A stretch of 64,000 bases of DNA from Bugula neritina (lineage: Eukaryota > Animalia > Bryozoa), in assembly GCA_964035545.1 (NCBI GenBank), contig OZ037766.1:20138767-20202766 (forward strand). Direction: 5' to 3'. Positions 31,101 to 43,900 of this stretch are shown one piece after another. The notes beneath the pieces are model-generated. The model had not been told where the DNA came from. It saw nothing but the letters and a program-made list of their open reading frames with translations, and ran no database searches. Every line of letters starts with the position of its first letter. The first letter of the stretch is position 1. A program made the translations under genes and the position numbers.

Positions 31101-34100
31101 GCAGTAAATTAAAAAACATGTCAAAATACTCAAAAAATAGCTTAAAAGAATTATACTAATAAAACAATAACTTATACTATGATCTTAATAAATCAGTTTA
31201 CTGAATGTAGCATACATACATTTAAAGAAAACAAATTGCTTAGTAATTTTATGGAATATGACAGCAAAATTTCTAAGTACCAAGCTATAAAACTAAACAT
31301 ATATACATATATGTATACAATAGCAACAGCATGCTACTAACAAACTAATGGTACAAAATTGGTATCAAAATTGAAATACTGATTAGAAAACTTTTTGAAA
31401 AATTAGATAGAATGAGTGTCAACAACAAAAGCTAAAAGTCAAAAGTTATAATGAAGAATTTCCACTAAAAAAGTGGAATCTCTCATTAATAGTCATAGTA
31501 TATAAGATAGATTACTTCTCTTACATATAAATCTAAAACTTTAGTTACTCTGGTATCTCGTCATTCTCACCAAAATTATAATTATTACAATTCAACAAGT
31601 ATAACACAGCCTTTAAACTTTAATTTAAAGTTATGTTTATTATTTAAACCTACAAAAATATTAGATCAAATTCAACTGCATAACCAATATAAATATTAGA
31701 AATTTAAATCTAAAACATCAAGTTAATTTATACTTCAACTTGTATTTAAAATTAATTTTAATTTTGACGGAAATTCTTAATCAGAATAAGTCAGTAATTA
31801 AGAATAATAATAGTAATACTAATATTAGTACTAATTGTTAGTGAATGCAATGGTAACTCTAACAGTCTAACAGTAACTGTTAGTCTAACATAATCATAAT
31901 GATAAAAAGATAATGATAGTGATAGTTATACTCATAGCATATTAATTACATGATTGACTAAAACTATCATTGTGAATGTTGGAGCAATTTCAGCATTATC
32001 ATTATGATTACAATAATTATAATGATTGTGGGTGTCACTAGAGGTCAAGTTCAAGTAACATGGGCAATAGACCATGTAAAACTCAGCCAATCAGCGAAGT
32101 GTACCAGGTCAATGTCTTACCATTGTAACTGATATAAAATTCTGCAAGTTCAATTGCAAAATGCATGCTTCTAAAAGCTAGTTGTGCAACTTTTTTTTCA
32201 TGCATTATTTAATTTCATATCTTAAATTGATGACTCTTGAAATGAATTTTTAAAATGTCTAAATTAAGTGTTTATAAAATGCAATTAAAAATTTCATGTC
32301 TAGAAAAATGACCTGGTACACTTTTGCAACTTAAGGCCAATTATTACATAACTGCCAGCTTAGTAGTTATTTGTTGTTGCAGCTTGAATGGGTTATTGTT
32401 TAGCATTGGAAGCTTGCAGTAAACATCTGTGAATTTGGTACATGACTTTGATTGGCTGGTTTTTGAATTGCCCTTTAGTACATGCATCTGGATGGCTTGA
32501 CTAGTGTAGACTCCGCCTACATCTAGCTAATGTACAGTAGCCAATCCACAGTAGTATTACAAAATTTCTGTTTAACAAATGAAATATTCTGGTCATTTGT
32601 CTTGTACTTTACAATAGTAAATATTCTATTCAACTAGAATTTTGTTGTATGTGAGCCATGGGAACTACAAAGAGGTTAAATCAACCACCCATGCTAGTAA
32701 TATTGTAGCTCGCAGTAATAGCAAGTCCACACCATATAAATATACACATAAGCTATTATGTGCAGCTTATGAATGCTGAAATGACCCCATTTCTTACCTT
32801 CAATTTGAAAAAAATTGTATTACATATTCTGCCACTTCTGCACCAGGAACTTGTTTTCCTTTTAAATTTTGAAAATAGCGGTCAGTTTCTGCAGCAGTCA
32901 ACATCCACAATAAACAACGTAAGCTTTCAAATAAACTATAAATATATGAAATATTAGTGTAGAAACAATGTAATTTATTCATTGCTATAATGAAAAATTA
33001 TAAGAATATTATATAAAAGCTAGATATAGATTTCTAGTAAAATGGCACAGGTAAAAATAACACATTTTTACTTCAAATTCTAAATTTCATCAGTCACCAA
33101 TGGTGGCTGTAGATTACAGAGAGCACAGCAGACTATCATAATCATAATCATAAGGATGGTCAGCCTACTGAGCAAAATCCAACTCCAACCCTTCATTTGG
33201 GTTACCAACGCACTAAATCATATAATGTAAGACGCACAAAAAAACAGTGGTTTTAATGAAACATGTGAAAGAAGCGAACAGAAACCGTCTTCAACAGAGT
33301 CAGCTGATATAGAGCAACAGAACTCATCTGACAGCCATCCTCATAGTCAGACTTCATCAGAAGTAACTGAGTTACCAGAATCATCAACTACTCAGAAAAA
33401 AAGATCTGCACATTCTATTGATAGACGAAAATCAAAAGTTGGAAGAAAAGGCCCAAAAAGTTCCACGTTTAAACAAAAAGCAGCTATTGAAAAGGTAAAA
33501 GTTTTTAAAACTTTCACCACTACAGATGAGCGAACTAAATTCTATACTGGAATTCCTACACGTTCTCTATACTATTTTTTAGCAAGGTAAAAATTATGAT
33601 TTTCTTATTGCAAAGATAGACTATGGTTTATTACAAATAAACAATGCAAGTCTCACTATGCTAAAATTTGTACATTGATTAAATTTGATGTGTAGTAAAA
33701 CTGTCATTTTACTTAAATTTGTTGCAGTATGAGTGTATCATTCATACATTTCTTATTAAAGATGTTGTTTTATGTAACATATTCATAAATACCACAGTGG
33801 TCATCTGCATGCTTTGATTTATTTAGTTTAGGGTTTTATTTAAACAAGCAGCAGTCTTTTATTTGTGGACAAATTGACTCACTTTCTCCAGGAAAAGTAA
33901 ATTGCTTTGACTTAAATTTTCCTTGGCTATTTTAAAGCTTATCAAAAGTGGCCTCCTAATCTAATTTTTAGCTGAAACTAACTCAGTATTTAAAACTAAA
34001 ATGGTTTACACTTGTTACTAGTTTCACTTATTCACAAACATTATTAAATGCTATTCTAGAAATAATATGGGTTTGAATTAGTTATAGTATAATTATAAAA

Positions 34101-36338
34101 TGAAATAATAATTGTTTGTCCACAGTATTTGTTTAAACTCGTGACTTCATTCAAAGGATGTATTCATACAACTAGCTTATTATGTACTGTCACAGTATTA
34201 TGTAACACATGTTGACACACATTACATTCTGTTTGGATGGTGATATATTGGGTCAAGCCTTCAACTAGCAGTTCTTGAACTTCATAGTTCTTGCAAAATA
34301 TAACTGAAGCTACTTACCAGAGGGTAAAAACTGCTGAATGAATACAAACTAAGCACAAAATTTATTTAGCACATACATTATAATTTGAATCATAATTTAA
34401 TTTTCATTCTTTGTTTACTATATTTAGATTTATATGCCCGAAGATGGAAGTTTTCACTTTCAGAAAAAAAGTTAACAGGACAAGATAAACTTTTATTGGC
34501 TTTGATGAAGCTGCGTCAAGATTTACAGTTTTAAATGCTTGCTGGCCTTTTTTATATCTCTAAATTGCTAGCAAGCAAAACCTTCAAAGACACATTAGAT
34601 ATTTTAGCAGGAGAACTAAACAATCTAATAGTTTTTCCAACAAGAGAGAAGCTGAACATTCCTCTGAGCTTTCAAAGCCAATATGCTAACATTAGGTGCA
34701 TTATAGACTGCACAGAAATATTCATTTGTAAGCCTCAATCAAAGCTGGCTCAATCTTTAACATGGAGTGAGTATAAAAAGACCAACACCATCAATTATTT
34801 GGTTGCAATTACACCCAAGGGCACTATTTGCTTTATTTCGCATGGAATGGGAGGTAGAGCCTAAGACAAGTGTGTAGTGAATGACTCTGGGTTCTTAGAC
34901 TTCATAAACCCAAGTGATGTGGTTATGGCAGATAGAGGCTTTCTTATTGAAAAAGAACTTATAGGCGCTGGAGCCAAGTTGTCCATACCACCTGGGAAAA
35001 GAGGCACTTCTATTAGACAAGATTATGATAGTTTGCTGTGCTCTCTGTAATCTACAGCCACCATTGGTGACTGATGAAATTTAGAATTTGAAGTAAAAAT
35101 GTGTTATTTTTACCTGTGCCATTTTACTAGAAATCTATATCTAGCTTTTATATAATATTCTTATAATTTTTCATTATAGCAATGAATAAATTACATTGTT
35201 TCTACACTAATATTTCATATATTTATAGTTTATTTGAAAGCTTACGTTGTTTATTGTGGATGTTGACTGCTGCAGAAACTGACCGCTATTTTCAAAATTT
35301 AAAAGGAAAACAAGTTCCTGGTGCAGAAGTGGCAGAATATGTAATACAATTTTTTTCAAATTGAAGGTAAGAAATGGGGTCATTTCAGCATTCATAAGCT
35401 GCACATAATAGCTTATGTGTATATTTATATGGTGTGGACTTGCTATTACTGCGAGCTACAATATTACTAGTATGGGTGGTTGATTTAACCTCTTTGTAGT
35501 TCCCATGGCTCACATACAATAAAATTCTAGTTGAATAGAATATTTACTATTGTAAAGTACAAGACAAATGACCAGAATATTTCATTTGTTAAACAGAAAT
35601 TTTGTAATACTACTGTGGATTGGCTACTGTACATTAGCTAGATGTAGGCGGAGTCTACACTAGTCAAGCCATCCAGATGCATATACTAAAGGGCAATTCA
35701 AAAACCAGCCAATCAAAGTCATGTACCAAATTCACAGATGTTTACTGCAAGCTTCCAATGCTAAACAATAACCCTTTCAAGCTGCAACAACAAATAACTA
35801 CTAAGCTGGCAGTTATGTAATAATTGGCCTTAAGTTGCAAAAGTGTACCAGGTCATTTTTCTAGACATGAAATTTTTAATTGCATTCTATAAACACTTAA
35901 TTTAGACATTTTAAAAATTCATTTCAAGAGTCATCAATTTAAGATATGAAATTAAATAATGCATGAAAAAAAAGTTGCACAACTAGCTTTTAGAAGCATG
36001 CATTTTGCAATTGAACTTGCAGAATTTTATATCAGTTACAATGGTAAGACATTGACCTGGTACACTTCGCTGATTGGCTGAGTTTTACATGGTCTATTAC
36101 AATCAATGTCATAGTCATAGTTATAGTATAACACTTAGAGTTAATAACTGCAGGTGGAAATACCATTATATTTATTAATCCATTACCTTTTCTAATTCTT
36201 ATAGCCAAACTCAATGATAGTACTATAAACAAAATTTACTTTGAGTATGACTTTAAATAATAAACTTAAATTAGAGGGAAGTATTTAATTTTTATTTTAT
36301 CAATTATGACTTACCAACACGCGTCTTCTGTCGTGCAT
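28183..36338 (-). CDS. MRPL13: Mitochondrial ribosomal protein L13 (uL13m), 200 aa, six coding exons
   Basis: Exons 36315-36338 (MHDRRRVL), 30935-31058 (QWATFARSWWIFDA...GKHKPIYHPL), 30652-30806 (SDCGDHVIVINTKHIA...HTQYAGG), 28968-29054 (RLHLFPEE), 28534-28655, 28183-28273 (stop). Total 603 nt in frame; motifs are characteristic of metazoan MRPL13. Confidence 0.95.
30216..30440. mobile_element. Partial copy (one arm) of the 18.2-kb MITE family
   Basis: TA|TGAGTCATTTTACTTAATTTAGTACACACTGG... matches 18211 onward; end approximate. Confidence 0.75.
32069..36095 (+). mobile_element. ISL2EU-like (PIF/Harbinger-related) DNA transposon derivative with 1075-bp inverted arms, in MRPL13 intron 1
   Basis: Arms 32069-33143 and 35021-36095 are reverse complements with about 6 substitutions seen by eye. 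Termini AGACC...GGTCT are flanked by AT, the TSD known for ISL2EU. Contains a DDE_Tnp_4-type transposase remnant. Confidence 0.88.
33152..35010 (+). pseudogene. Truncated THAP + HTH + DDE_Tnp_4 transposase
   Basis: KDGQPTEQNPTPTLHLGY (THAP C-terminal end), KFYTGIP, intron, LLLALMKLR, IIDCTEIF...WSEYKKTNT...GGRA*DK...VMADRGF...IPP. In-frame stops near 34532 and 34862; both ends are cut by the inverted arms. Confidence 0.85.
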
Positions 36339-36898
36339 TTTTACTTTATTCATAGTGAACGTCAATCTGAATCAGCCAATGTGAATGTAGTACTAATATT
36401 AATACTATTAAAGCAGGAGTAATTGGCAAATACAATTACGATACTTTCACGATTAGTATTACTAAAAATAAATGCAATATTTTCAGTTTCAGTTGGAATT
36501 TTAACCTTGAGCCAAAACTAAAAGTAAAAGTAAAACTAAAAGCTTAAATGTGAACTTCCCAACCACTATCAGTCAGTGACTTCTGGGCAAAATTCCTATA
36601 ACATTGGAGTTCAACTTGACGCGCTTCAGTTCAACTATAACAACATTTCATTGTCATTCACATTCATGCTAATAAATAAATTTAAGCTGATTATGAATTA
36701 GGAGGTTTCCCAGCGCGTTGGTTGGTTATACCAGAAGTGAGTGAGTAAAGTGTTAATTTGAGTTGCTGAATTTTGCTTGCAAACACGTCAAACATAAGTG
36801 CGGGGTACTTTAGGCAACACTCACTGAGCTAAAAAATAAACTTTGAGTTCAGTGGTAATACCCCGAGGAGCGAAAATAGTAAGCGTAAAAGATTATTT

Positions 36899-37049
36899 TA
36901 TAAGCAGCCTCGAGTTGGGAGTGACTGAGTGCATAGGTTGAGATTTTCGAGTTCAGAGTTGGAGATTTAGGTGGGGCTTTGAATCCCAACTCTAACTTGA
37001 TAAGTTAAAACTACTGCACTTAGTCGCCCCAACTCAGAGCTGCCTATAA
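36899..37049. repeat. Short imperfect inverted-repeat element (MITE-like)
   Basis: GCAGCCTCGAGTTGGGAGTGACTGAGTGCA pairs imperfectly with TGCACTTAGTCGCCCCAACTCAGAGCTGC. Confidence 0.5.
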
Positions 37050-37968
37050 GTTATGTCAACGTATGAAAAATTGGTTTTTGCATTATAATTTATATATTGC
37101 TAAAAGCAGCGCCAAGGTAGGAATGACTGATTGCAGAATTGGTATAAACATCTGTTCCCGAACTCTAAACCTCCAAAGTCACATCAGAGGCCCTCGAATC
37201 AGTGCATTTATAACCACAGACTCGGTATTCTTTTTAAACCTTTGCACACGAGTTAATGCTGACAAGCCACACTACAAACCTAGCAATATCCACAAGCCCC
37301 AACATAGGTACCCCATTATAATATTTTGATTAATAAACTTCTTTATCATCAACCAGCAAAAGCCTACCAAGATGCACTCACCATAACTGTACACAACTAA
37401 ACACTTCAATTTTGCAAACCTGTATCCAAGATAGATACTTCCCAGTTAGACACTATTTTTGATTTTAGTGCAATATATATATGTGTTTTATGTGCATTTT
37501 TTTAATATTATTGAAATACATGTATATTTAAGTAAATTGTATTTATATTTATGTTAAAAAAAATTCCTTTGATCTGCATTAACTTATTAATTTTGCATTT
37601 TCCATACTTGTTGTCATTTGAATAAAAATATTTTATTGATGAGTATATTCATTAAAAATAAAGCTTATTATTAATGTATCACTGCTTTTTTGTTCAACAC
37701 AAATCTATGAAAATTGGAATATTATTCCATATAATTCATATTAACTGTTATTTCATGTTTAGCAATCAATACTACAGTTATATAGGTTTACATAGGTATA
37801 TTACTATATTATAGTACATATATCGTACCAAAATGAAATATAGGGTCTAACTGGGAGGCGTCTAACTGGGATGAAACCATTTTAAAAACCCTAATCCAAG
37901 AGAATTGTTTACATAGCTCAATTCTCCTTGTAGTGTAGGGGATTGAGAAGAATTTCTCAAAATTGTTC

Positions 37969-40900
37969 ATGAAGATTTCTAGCCTTTTCCTGTTGACATT
38001 TCTTTTGATCCAGGTAAATATTACGCCATACTTTCTATATTTATAGAGACTGCAACAGGTTTAGTTTGTGAAAGACTATATAGGCAGTCCAAACTAAAGA
38101 GCTGCAAGAAAAGAGGCAAGTATTTTATGCCTTTAGTTCATTTAGCTTTCATAAATTTCTAAAGCTAACATAGTGTGATATTTTTGTGGGTTGAATAGAA
38201 CTAGTGCCTGAACATACTCTTTGTTAGAGAGAACAAGATGTATTGTATAGTTGAAGAAATCTTTATTTAGTCGAATTATATATAATAGTGAAGGTCCTCT
38301 GCCAGTGAGCTCCAGTAGTAGACTGAACTACACTGGAGCTCGCTGGCTTTTATATACAACAAGATACAGTGCTTTTTCATTGTTGCCGAGATCGGAGGCC
38401 CGAAACGCCGAAAGTCGGCATTTCGGGCGTCCGAAACGCCGAATTTCGGCGTTTCGGCATTTCGGCAGTCCGAAACACCGAATTTCGGCATTTCGGGCTT
38501 CCGGTAGCCCGAAATGCCGATTTTCGGTATTTCGGCATTTCGGAAAACCGAAATGCCGATCTCGCAACCGGAAACAAGTACATGCAAAAATCTACTACAC
38601 AATTACAGCATAAAAATTGATACGCAACATTAGTACAAGAAATATCACATAACTTCATGTGGGCTGTAAGTATGCCGATGCCGTTAGCGGCGCAGCAAGA
38701 TAGAGTGCTTAGGTACACAGCAGGGGTCAAGGACTTCTCCTCGTGCTGCGCTGCGAAATAAAAGCCTCTATCAATCGTGTGACAGTGTTGGACTGAGAAC
38801 GTTTATATCTATTAGAGAGTTTAGCAAATTCAAGTTTCTGGTCATTGTATTCTGGGCGAATACGGTGATTTGCTGGGCAGATCACGGGTGGAGATTGGGG
38901 TGACTAAGGGGTGGTTTGGAGGTCACGGTGACAGCTTGGGGCTGTCGATATATTATTATTCGTATTATTATTATAATTATTATTATAATCATTATTATAA
39001 GTTACTGCTAGTCTCCGTTATTTGTTTTGAGTTTGACTCTCATATTAATTTGCACTTGCAGGTAACACTTCAGAATGCATATTTCAGTAAAATTACATTA
39101 TGTTGAAAGCTTCAACAGTAATTACCATACTTAGGCATTAGCAAGCTAGCTTACTTAGCTATAATTACAGAGTTAATAACGATACGCAACAGTATTTATA
39201 ATATACTGTTGCACGCTGTTATTTCGCAACTAATAGAGGGTGAAAATCCATTACATTCTCCCCCCATCGAAAAGCATCCCCTTTTCGATAACAGAGACAA
39301 GGTGTTTGTACAAACAGGTCAAAAATAAAACACAACAGTAGAAAATATGTGGTCAACAGAAAAGTATTATGAATAATCACGCGTGTCACAATAAACAATC
39401 GTAGTAGCACCCACAATATATACAGTTCGGGTGGCTAATGCCCAATTGTTCGGTTTGGTCATTGGAGGTGGTGCACCAGGCTTGCTATCTCTTCAGTACA
39501 TCGGTCAAGGATACTGGACCAGGCCTGGATTGCACTATCCAGGACGCACTCGCGGTAAGGAGGTGCCACATTTTGCCGGTGACGGGGCAATTGTGGGTGG
39601 GGCGGCTGAGTCTTCTCTCCTATTTGGCTGACTGGTGCTCCAGGCTCTTTGCCTAGTCTTGCCAGTGCTACCTGTAGAGGCTGAGTGGTGGCTGCGGTAG
39701 CGCCATCTCCAATCAGCTGAGCAGGTAGCAGGGATGTGGCCCCATCTTCCTTCTCTTGAGTGGGTTCCAAGTCGGTCAGGGGTATGGGGTATCGCCACCT
39801 ACCTTGGCCAACATTACCCGAAAGAGCTGGGTATCTGTTGTCCAGGTGACTGTGCTGGTCTGGGGGCTGTTGCTTTTGAAGAAATCCTGTACTGCCAGGG
39901 CTATTCTGCAACTGAGACTCGGAGTTTTTACCCGTACTGGGTGTACCACTCCTTTGTGGGGACATCTCCATGTGTCCCACGTGATAGTCTGCCAAATATC
40001 TGGGTGGTTTCCTATCTCTTTGACTCCTCAATGGATGGGCAGGCACTTGTAGTGCCAGTGGCTCTTCAGTTGCCAATGTAGGGGGGTCCCCGCCTTCACC
40101 CGTAACACGGGTGGGGGTGTCCTCCCCCGAGAGGGGTGGTGGCCCTAGGGCCTGCTGCTGCTGCCGCCGTTCCTGCCTTTGCTGCTGTTCAAGCTGTTCC
40201 AGCAGGGCGGCCTGTCCCTGATCCGCCTCCATTGGGACGACAATTTCTACTTCTCGGGGTTGGGTGGTCCTTCCCCGATGGTTGGGTTGGCGGTTGGGCT
40301 CCAGGAGGGGTGGTGCCTGACCCACTGCGTCTGGGCTGGCATGGTAAGGTTTCAGGCGCTGCTCGCTCTGGACCGAGACCTGGTCAGAGCGCTCCACACG
40401 ATACGTGTGGTTGGGCAGCACCTCCACTACACAGTAGGGACCGACGAACTTGGGCTGAAGCTTAGCCGACTGTCCGCGTCGCCTACGATAGCTCACCATC
40501 CAGACCCAGTCTCCCACCTGGTACAACGGGGGCTCTTCCGAGTCCTCTGTGCGGGTCTGCCACTGCTGGGTACGCAGTGCATCATGAGCTTTGCCCATGA
40601 TGTCTATCAGACCCTCCACATACTCGTGTACCGGTGACTCGGGGGCAGGAACATGGTATGTCAGGTGTTCCGGAACCCGCGTCTCTCGGCCTAGCATCAA
40701 GAAGTTTGGGGTCTCCTGCGTGGCAGAGTGTGGTGTGCTGCGGTAGGCCCGCATGATTTGCGGCAGCACCACGTCCCATTCTTCCTGACCTCGACCAAGG
40801 AGCAGGCTCCTGAGGGCGTCACCCAACATCCTGTTGTTCCGCTCGACGACTCCGTTCTCTTGCGGGTGATATGGGGTGGTCCGACTCTGGTTCACCCCCC

Positions 40901-43900
40901 ATATCCGGCAGAGGTCTCCCATGAGCTGGGACTGGAACTGGGCACGCTGGTCCGTATGTATCTGCTCGGGTAAACCGAGGTAACAGAATACATGCTGGTC
41001 CAGGGTCCGGGCCACCGTGGGGGCTGTTGCGTCTGGAATAGCCAGAGCATCTGCCCACCGGGTAAAGTGGTCCGTGAGCACCAGTATCCAGGTGTTCCCT
41101 CTGGCGGATAACGGCATAGGCCCGACGAGGTCTACCGCCACTACTTGCCACGGTCGACCAGCGTATAGCCGGCGTCGACCAGTGGTTTCCGTGGGGCGGC
41201 CATGCTTGCTAGCTTGGCAGACCTCGCATTGCCGTACCCGCAGTCGTACGTCCCGAGTCATTCCGGGCCAATACCAACGCAGCCGCAGACACCTGATGAC
41301 CCGACTGACTCCAGAATGAGCCTGCTTATGGGTGTCCCAGATCAGTTCCCGTCGGAGGGCGCGTGGACAGACGACGCGGTCTCTCTCCTGCTGACGGTTG
41401 TCTGCTGCTAACGTTATCATCAGGAGGCCATCAGGACTGACCTTGAGGGCATCCCAACGACGACAGAGGAGTTGGAACTCAACGTCTCCCTGCCACTGCT
41501 GTTTCTCGCTAGGTCGTCGGCCCTCCTTCTTGGCCCGGAAAATGTCTGCTACCGTGCCGGGTAGCGTCTCCTGGAGTCGGCACAGCTCCTTGACATTCTG
41601 GTACAGAGTGGGGTTGGCGTGGAGCGCCTGGACATCGTCTGAGTGGGTTTCGGTCCGAAGATGGCCGTGCTCCCACCGATAGACGGCGCCTTCCCCTAAC
41701 TCTGTTTCCACGTCAAGGCGAGCGGGTCCCCCGTCCCGCTTTTCAATGTGCAGGCATTGCTTACAGTCCTCTACCGGCCGGCGGCTCATGCCGTCGGCGT
41801 TCCCGTGCTTCCGGCCAGCACGGTGCTCTATCCGGTAAGAGAACTCGGCAAGAATCTCTAGCCAACGAGCTACCTGGCTCGAGGGCTCTGCACGTTTACA
41901 CAACCATATCAGTGATGCATGGTCTGTTCGCAAACGGAACGTTCTCCCATACAGATATGGCCGAAAGTGCTTGACCGCCTTGACTACTGCTAGGAGTTCC
42001 TTCCTAGTGGTGCAGTAGTTCTTCTCGGCGGCCGCGAGAGTCTTGCTGTAGTAAGCCACGACCACCTCACTTCCACCCTGGACTTGAGACAGGACAGCTC
42101 CCACGCTGTGGTCACTGGCGTCGGTGTCCAGGATGTACTCCTTGGCTGGATCAGGATACGCCAGAATTGGCGCCTCCATTAGCCGTTGCTTGAGGTGGTC
42201 GAATGCCTGCTACTCCTCCTGCGTCCACTGCCACTGGACCCCTTTTGCGGTCAGCCGATTTAACGGCTGAGACACTCCTGCGAAGCCAGGTATGTACTGC
42301 CGGTAGTACCCTACTAGGCCCAGGAATGCGCGCAACTCAGGGAGGTCACGGGGGACAGTCCACTCCTTCACAGCCTGTACCTTCTCTGGGTCGGTAGCGA
42401 CCCCATCACGGCCCACCACATGGCCCAGGTACGTGACTTCCGGCTGCAAGAGTGCACACTTGGAGGGCTTCAGCTTGAGTCCAGCTGCCCGGAGGCGGTC
42501 AAAGACCTCCCGCAGACGACTGATATGAGTCGAAAAGTCTGGGGAGATGACAATGACGTCGTCCAGATAGATGAGGAGGGTCTTCCAGTGTAATCCACTG
42601 AAGACCTGCTCCATGAGCCGTTGGAAAGTTGCCGGGGCGGACGTTAGTCCAAATGGCAGTACTTTCCACTTCCAGAGCCCGTCGCGAGTAATGAATGCTG
42701 CTTTGTCCTGGGCATCAGGACTGAGGAGCACTTGCCAGTACCCGCTAAGCAGATCCAAAGTACTGAAGTACTTGCTACCCGCGAGGGCATCCAGAGACTC
42801 ATCTATCCGTGGGAGAGGGTAGGCGTCTTGGATGGTAACGCTGTTGAGTCTGCGGTAGTCCACACAGAACCTCCAGCTACCATCTTTCTTCTTGACCAGG
42901 ACTACTGGAGAGCTCCACGCACCGTGGGCAGGCTCAATCAGATCCCGGTCGAGAAGATCTTGCACCTGTCGGCTCAACTCCTTCTCTTTCTCCGGGCCTA
43001 GACGCCGGGTGGGCTGCCTGATGGGAGTGGTGCCGGCTGCCAGGGGTATCTCGTGAGAGATAACCTTAGTCAGCCCCATGTCTTCATCACCACGACTGAA
43101 GACATCACTGTACTCCGCGAGTAGTTGAGCCAGTACTTGGCGTTCAGTACTACTCGTACAGTTGCCGCACGCTCCATCGTACAGGTCAGCCATATGCTCC
43201 GGGACTGCTCTTCGGCTGGTGCGAGGGGGGTTTCCCTGGGTATCGGCCACTGTTTCCAGTGCCGGACCCACATCCGCGTCGTGGATGGAGTGGTACTTCC
43301 CCACCAGCGCTCCGGCCGATAATCGGACAGGTTCCGTGAAGGGGTTGATACACTGCACGAGGAGCTCTTGCCGACAATCTAGCCGATTCAGGCTGTTTGC
43401 TAGTCGGATCGCTCCGTGCGTTCCCTCAACCACCCCCAGGTCAGCGATCTCCTTGCAGTTGACTCTGCAGCGGAGAGTCGCTTGGGATCTTCCCGGAACT
43501 GTGCAGTCCCGCACTACCTGGACTCCGCCCACCAAGGGTCTGCCGAACTTGTCAACACAGACAAGTTCCCTTCCAGCCATCACCACCACCGAATTCTGGA
43601 AATCCATGCGGCACTGGTGTTTCTCCAGAAATGGCATTCCCAGGATGGCGTCTTCCTTCAGCTGGCTGACTATGAACGTCTCGTGAATCACTTGATCACG
43701 GACGCGTCCAGGTAGCGTAATAACGCCGTAAAAAGGGATGCACGATCCGTCCGCCAACGTACCATGCGCACCTTCGTACGGCTCGAGGCTCGCCCGCTCT
43801 CGGGCGCCAAGGGTGTCAAAGAGACGCCTACTCAGCAGGTTTGTAGTGCACCCAGTGTCCAGTAGGAATGTGGCAGCTTTACCCGAAATTTTCCCGGGTA

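Noticed and set aside
31545-31564. Nearby ATG (MTRYQ) as the MRPL13 start
   Set aside because: Its donor is phase 1, incompatible with phase-0 exon 2; the 36315-36338 exon gives the conserved RVxQWATFAR junction
32760-32982. Duplicated 60-65 aa ORFs (mirrored at 35182-35404) as a gene pair
   Set aside because: They are duplicated only because they lie in the inverted arms; no recognisable domain, though a decayed exon cannot be excluded
38251-38730. Repetitive Arg/Phe-rich ORFs and a CRISPR-like look in the LTR arrays (also 24220-24569 and 45396-45695)
   Set aside because: Short degenerate motifs without unique spacers, no cas genes, eukaryotic LTR context; the ORFs are by-products of stop-poor repeats
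42210-42212. Programmed readthrough at the pol TAG or the gag TAA (44894-44896)
   Set aside because: Both fall inside conserved coding regions rather than at the gag-pol boundary, which already has a frameshift signal; simple nonsense mutations are more likely
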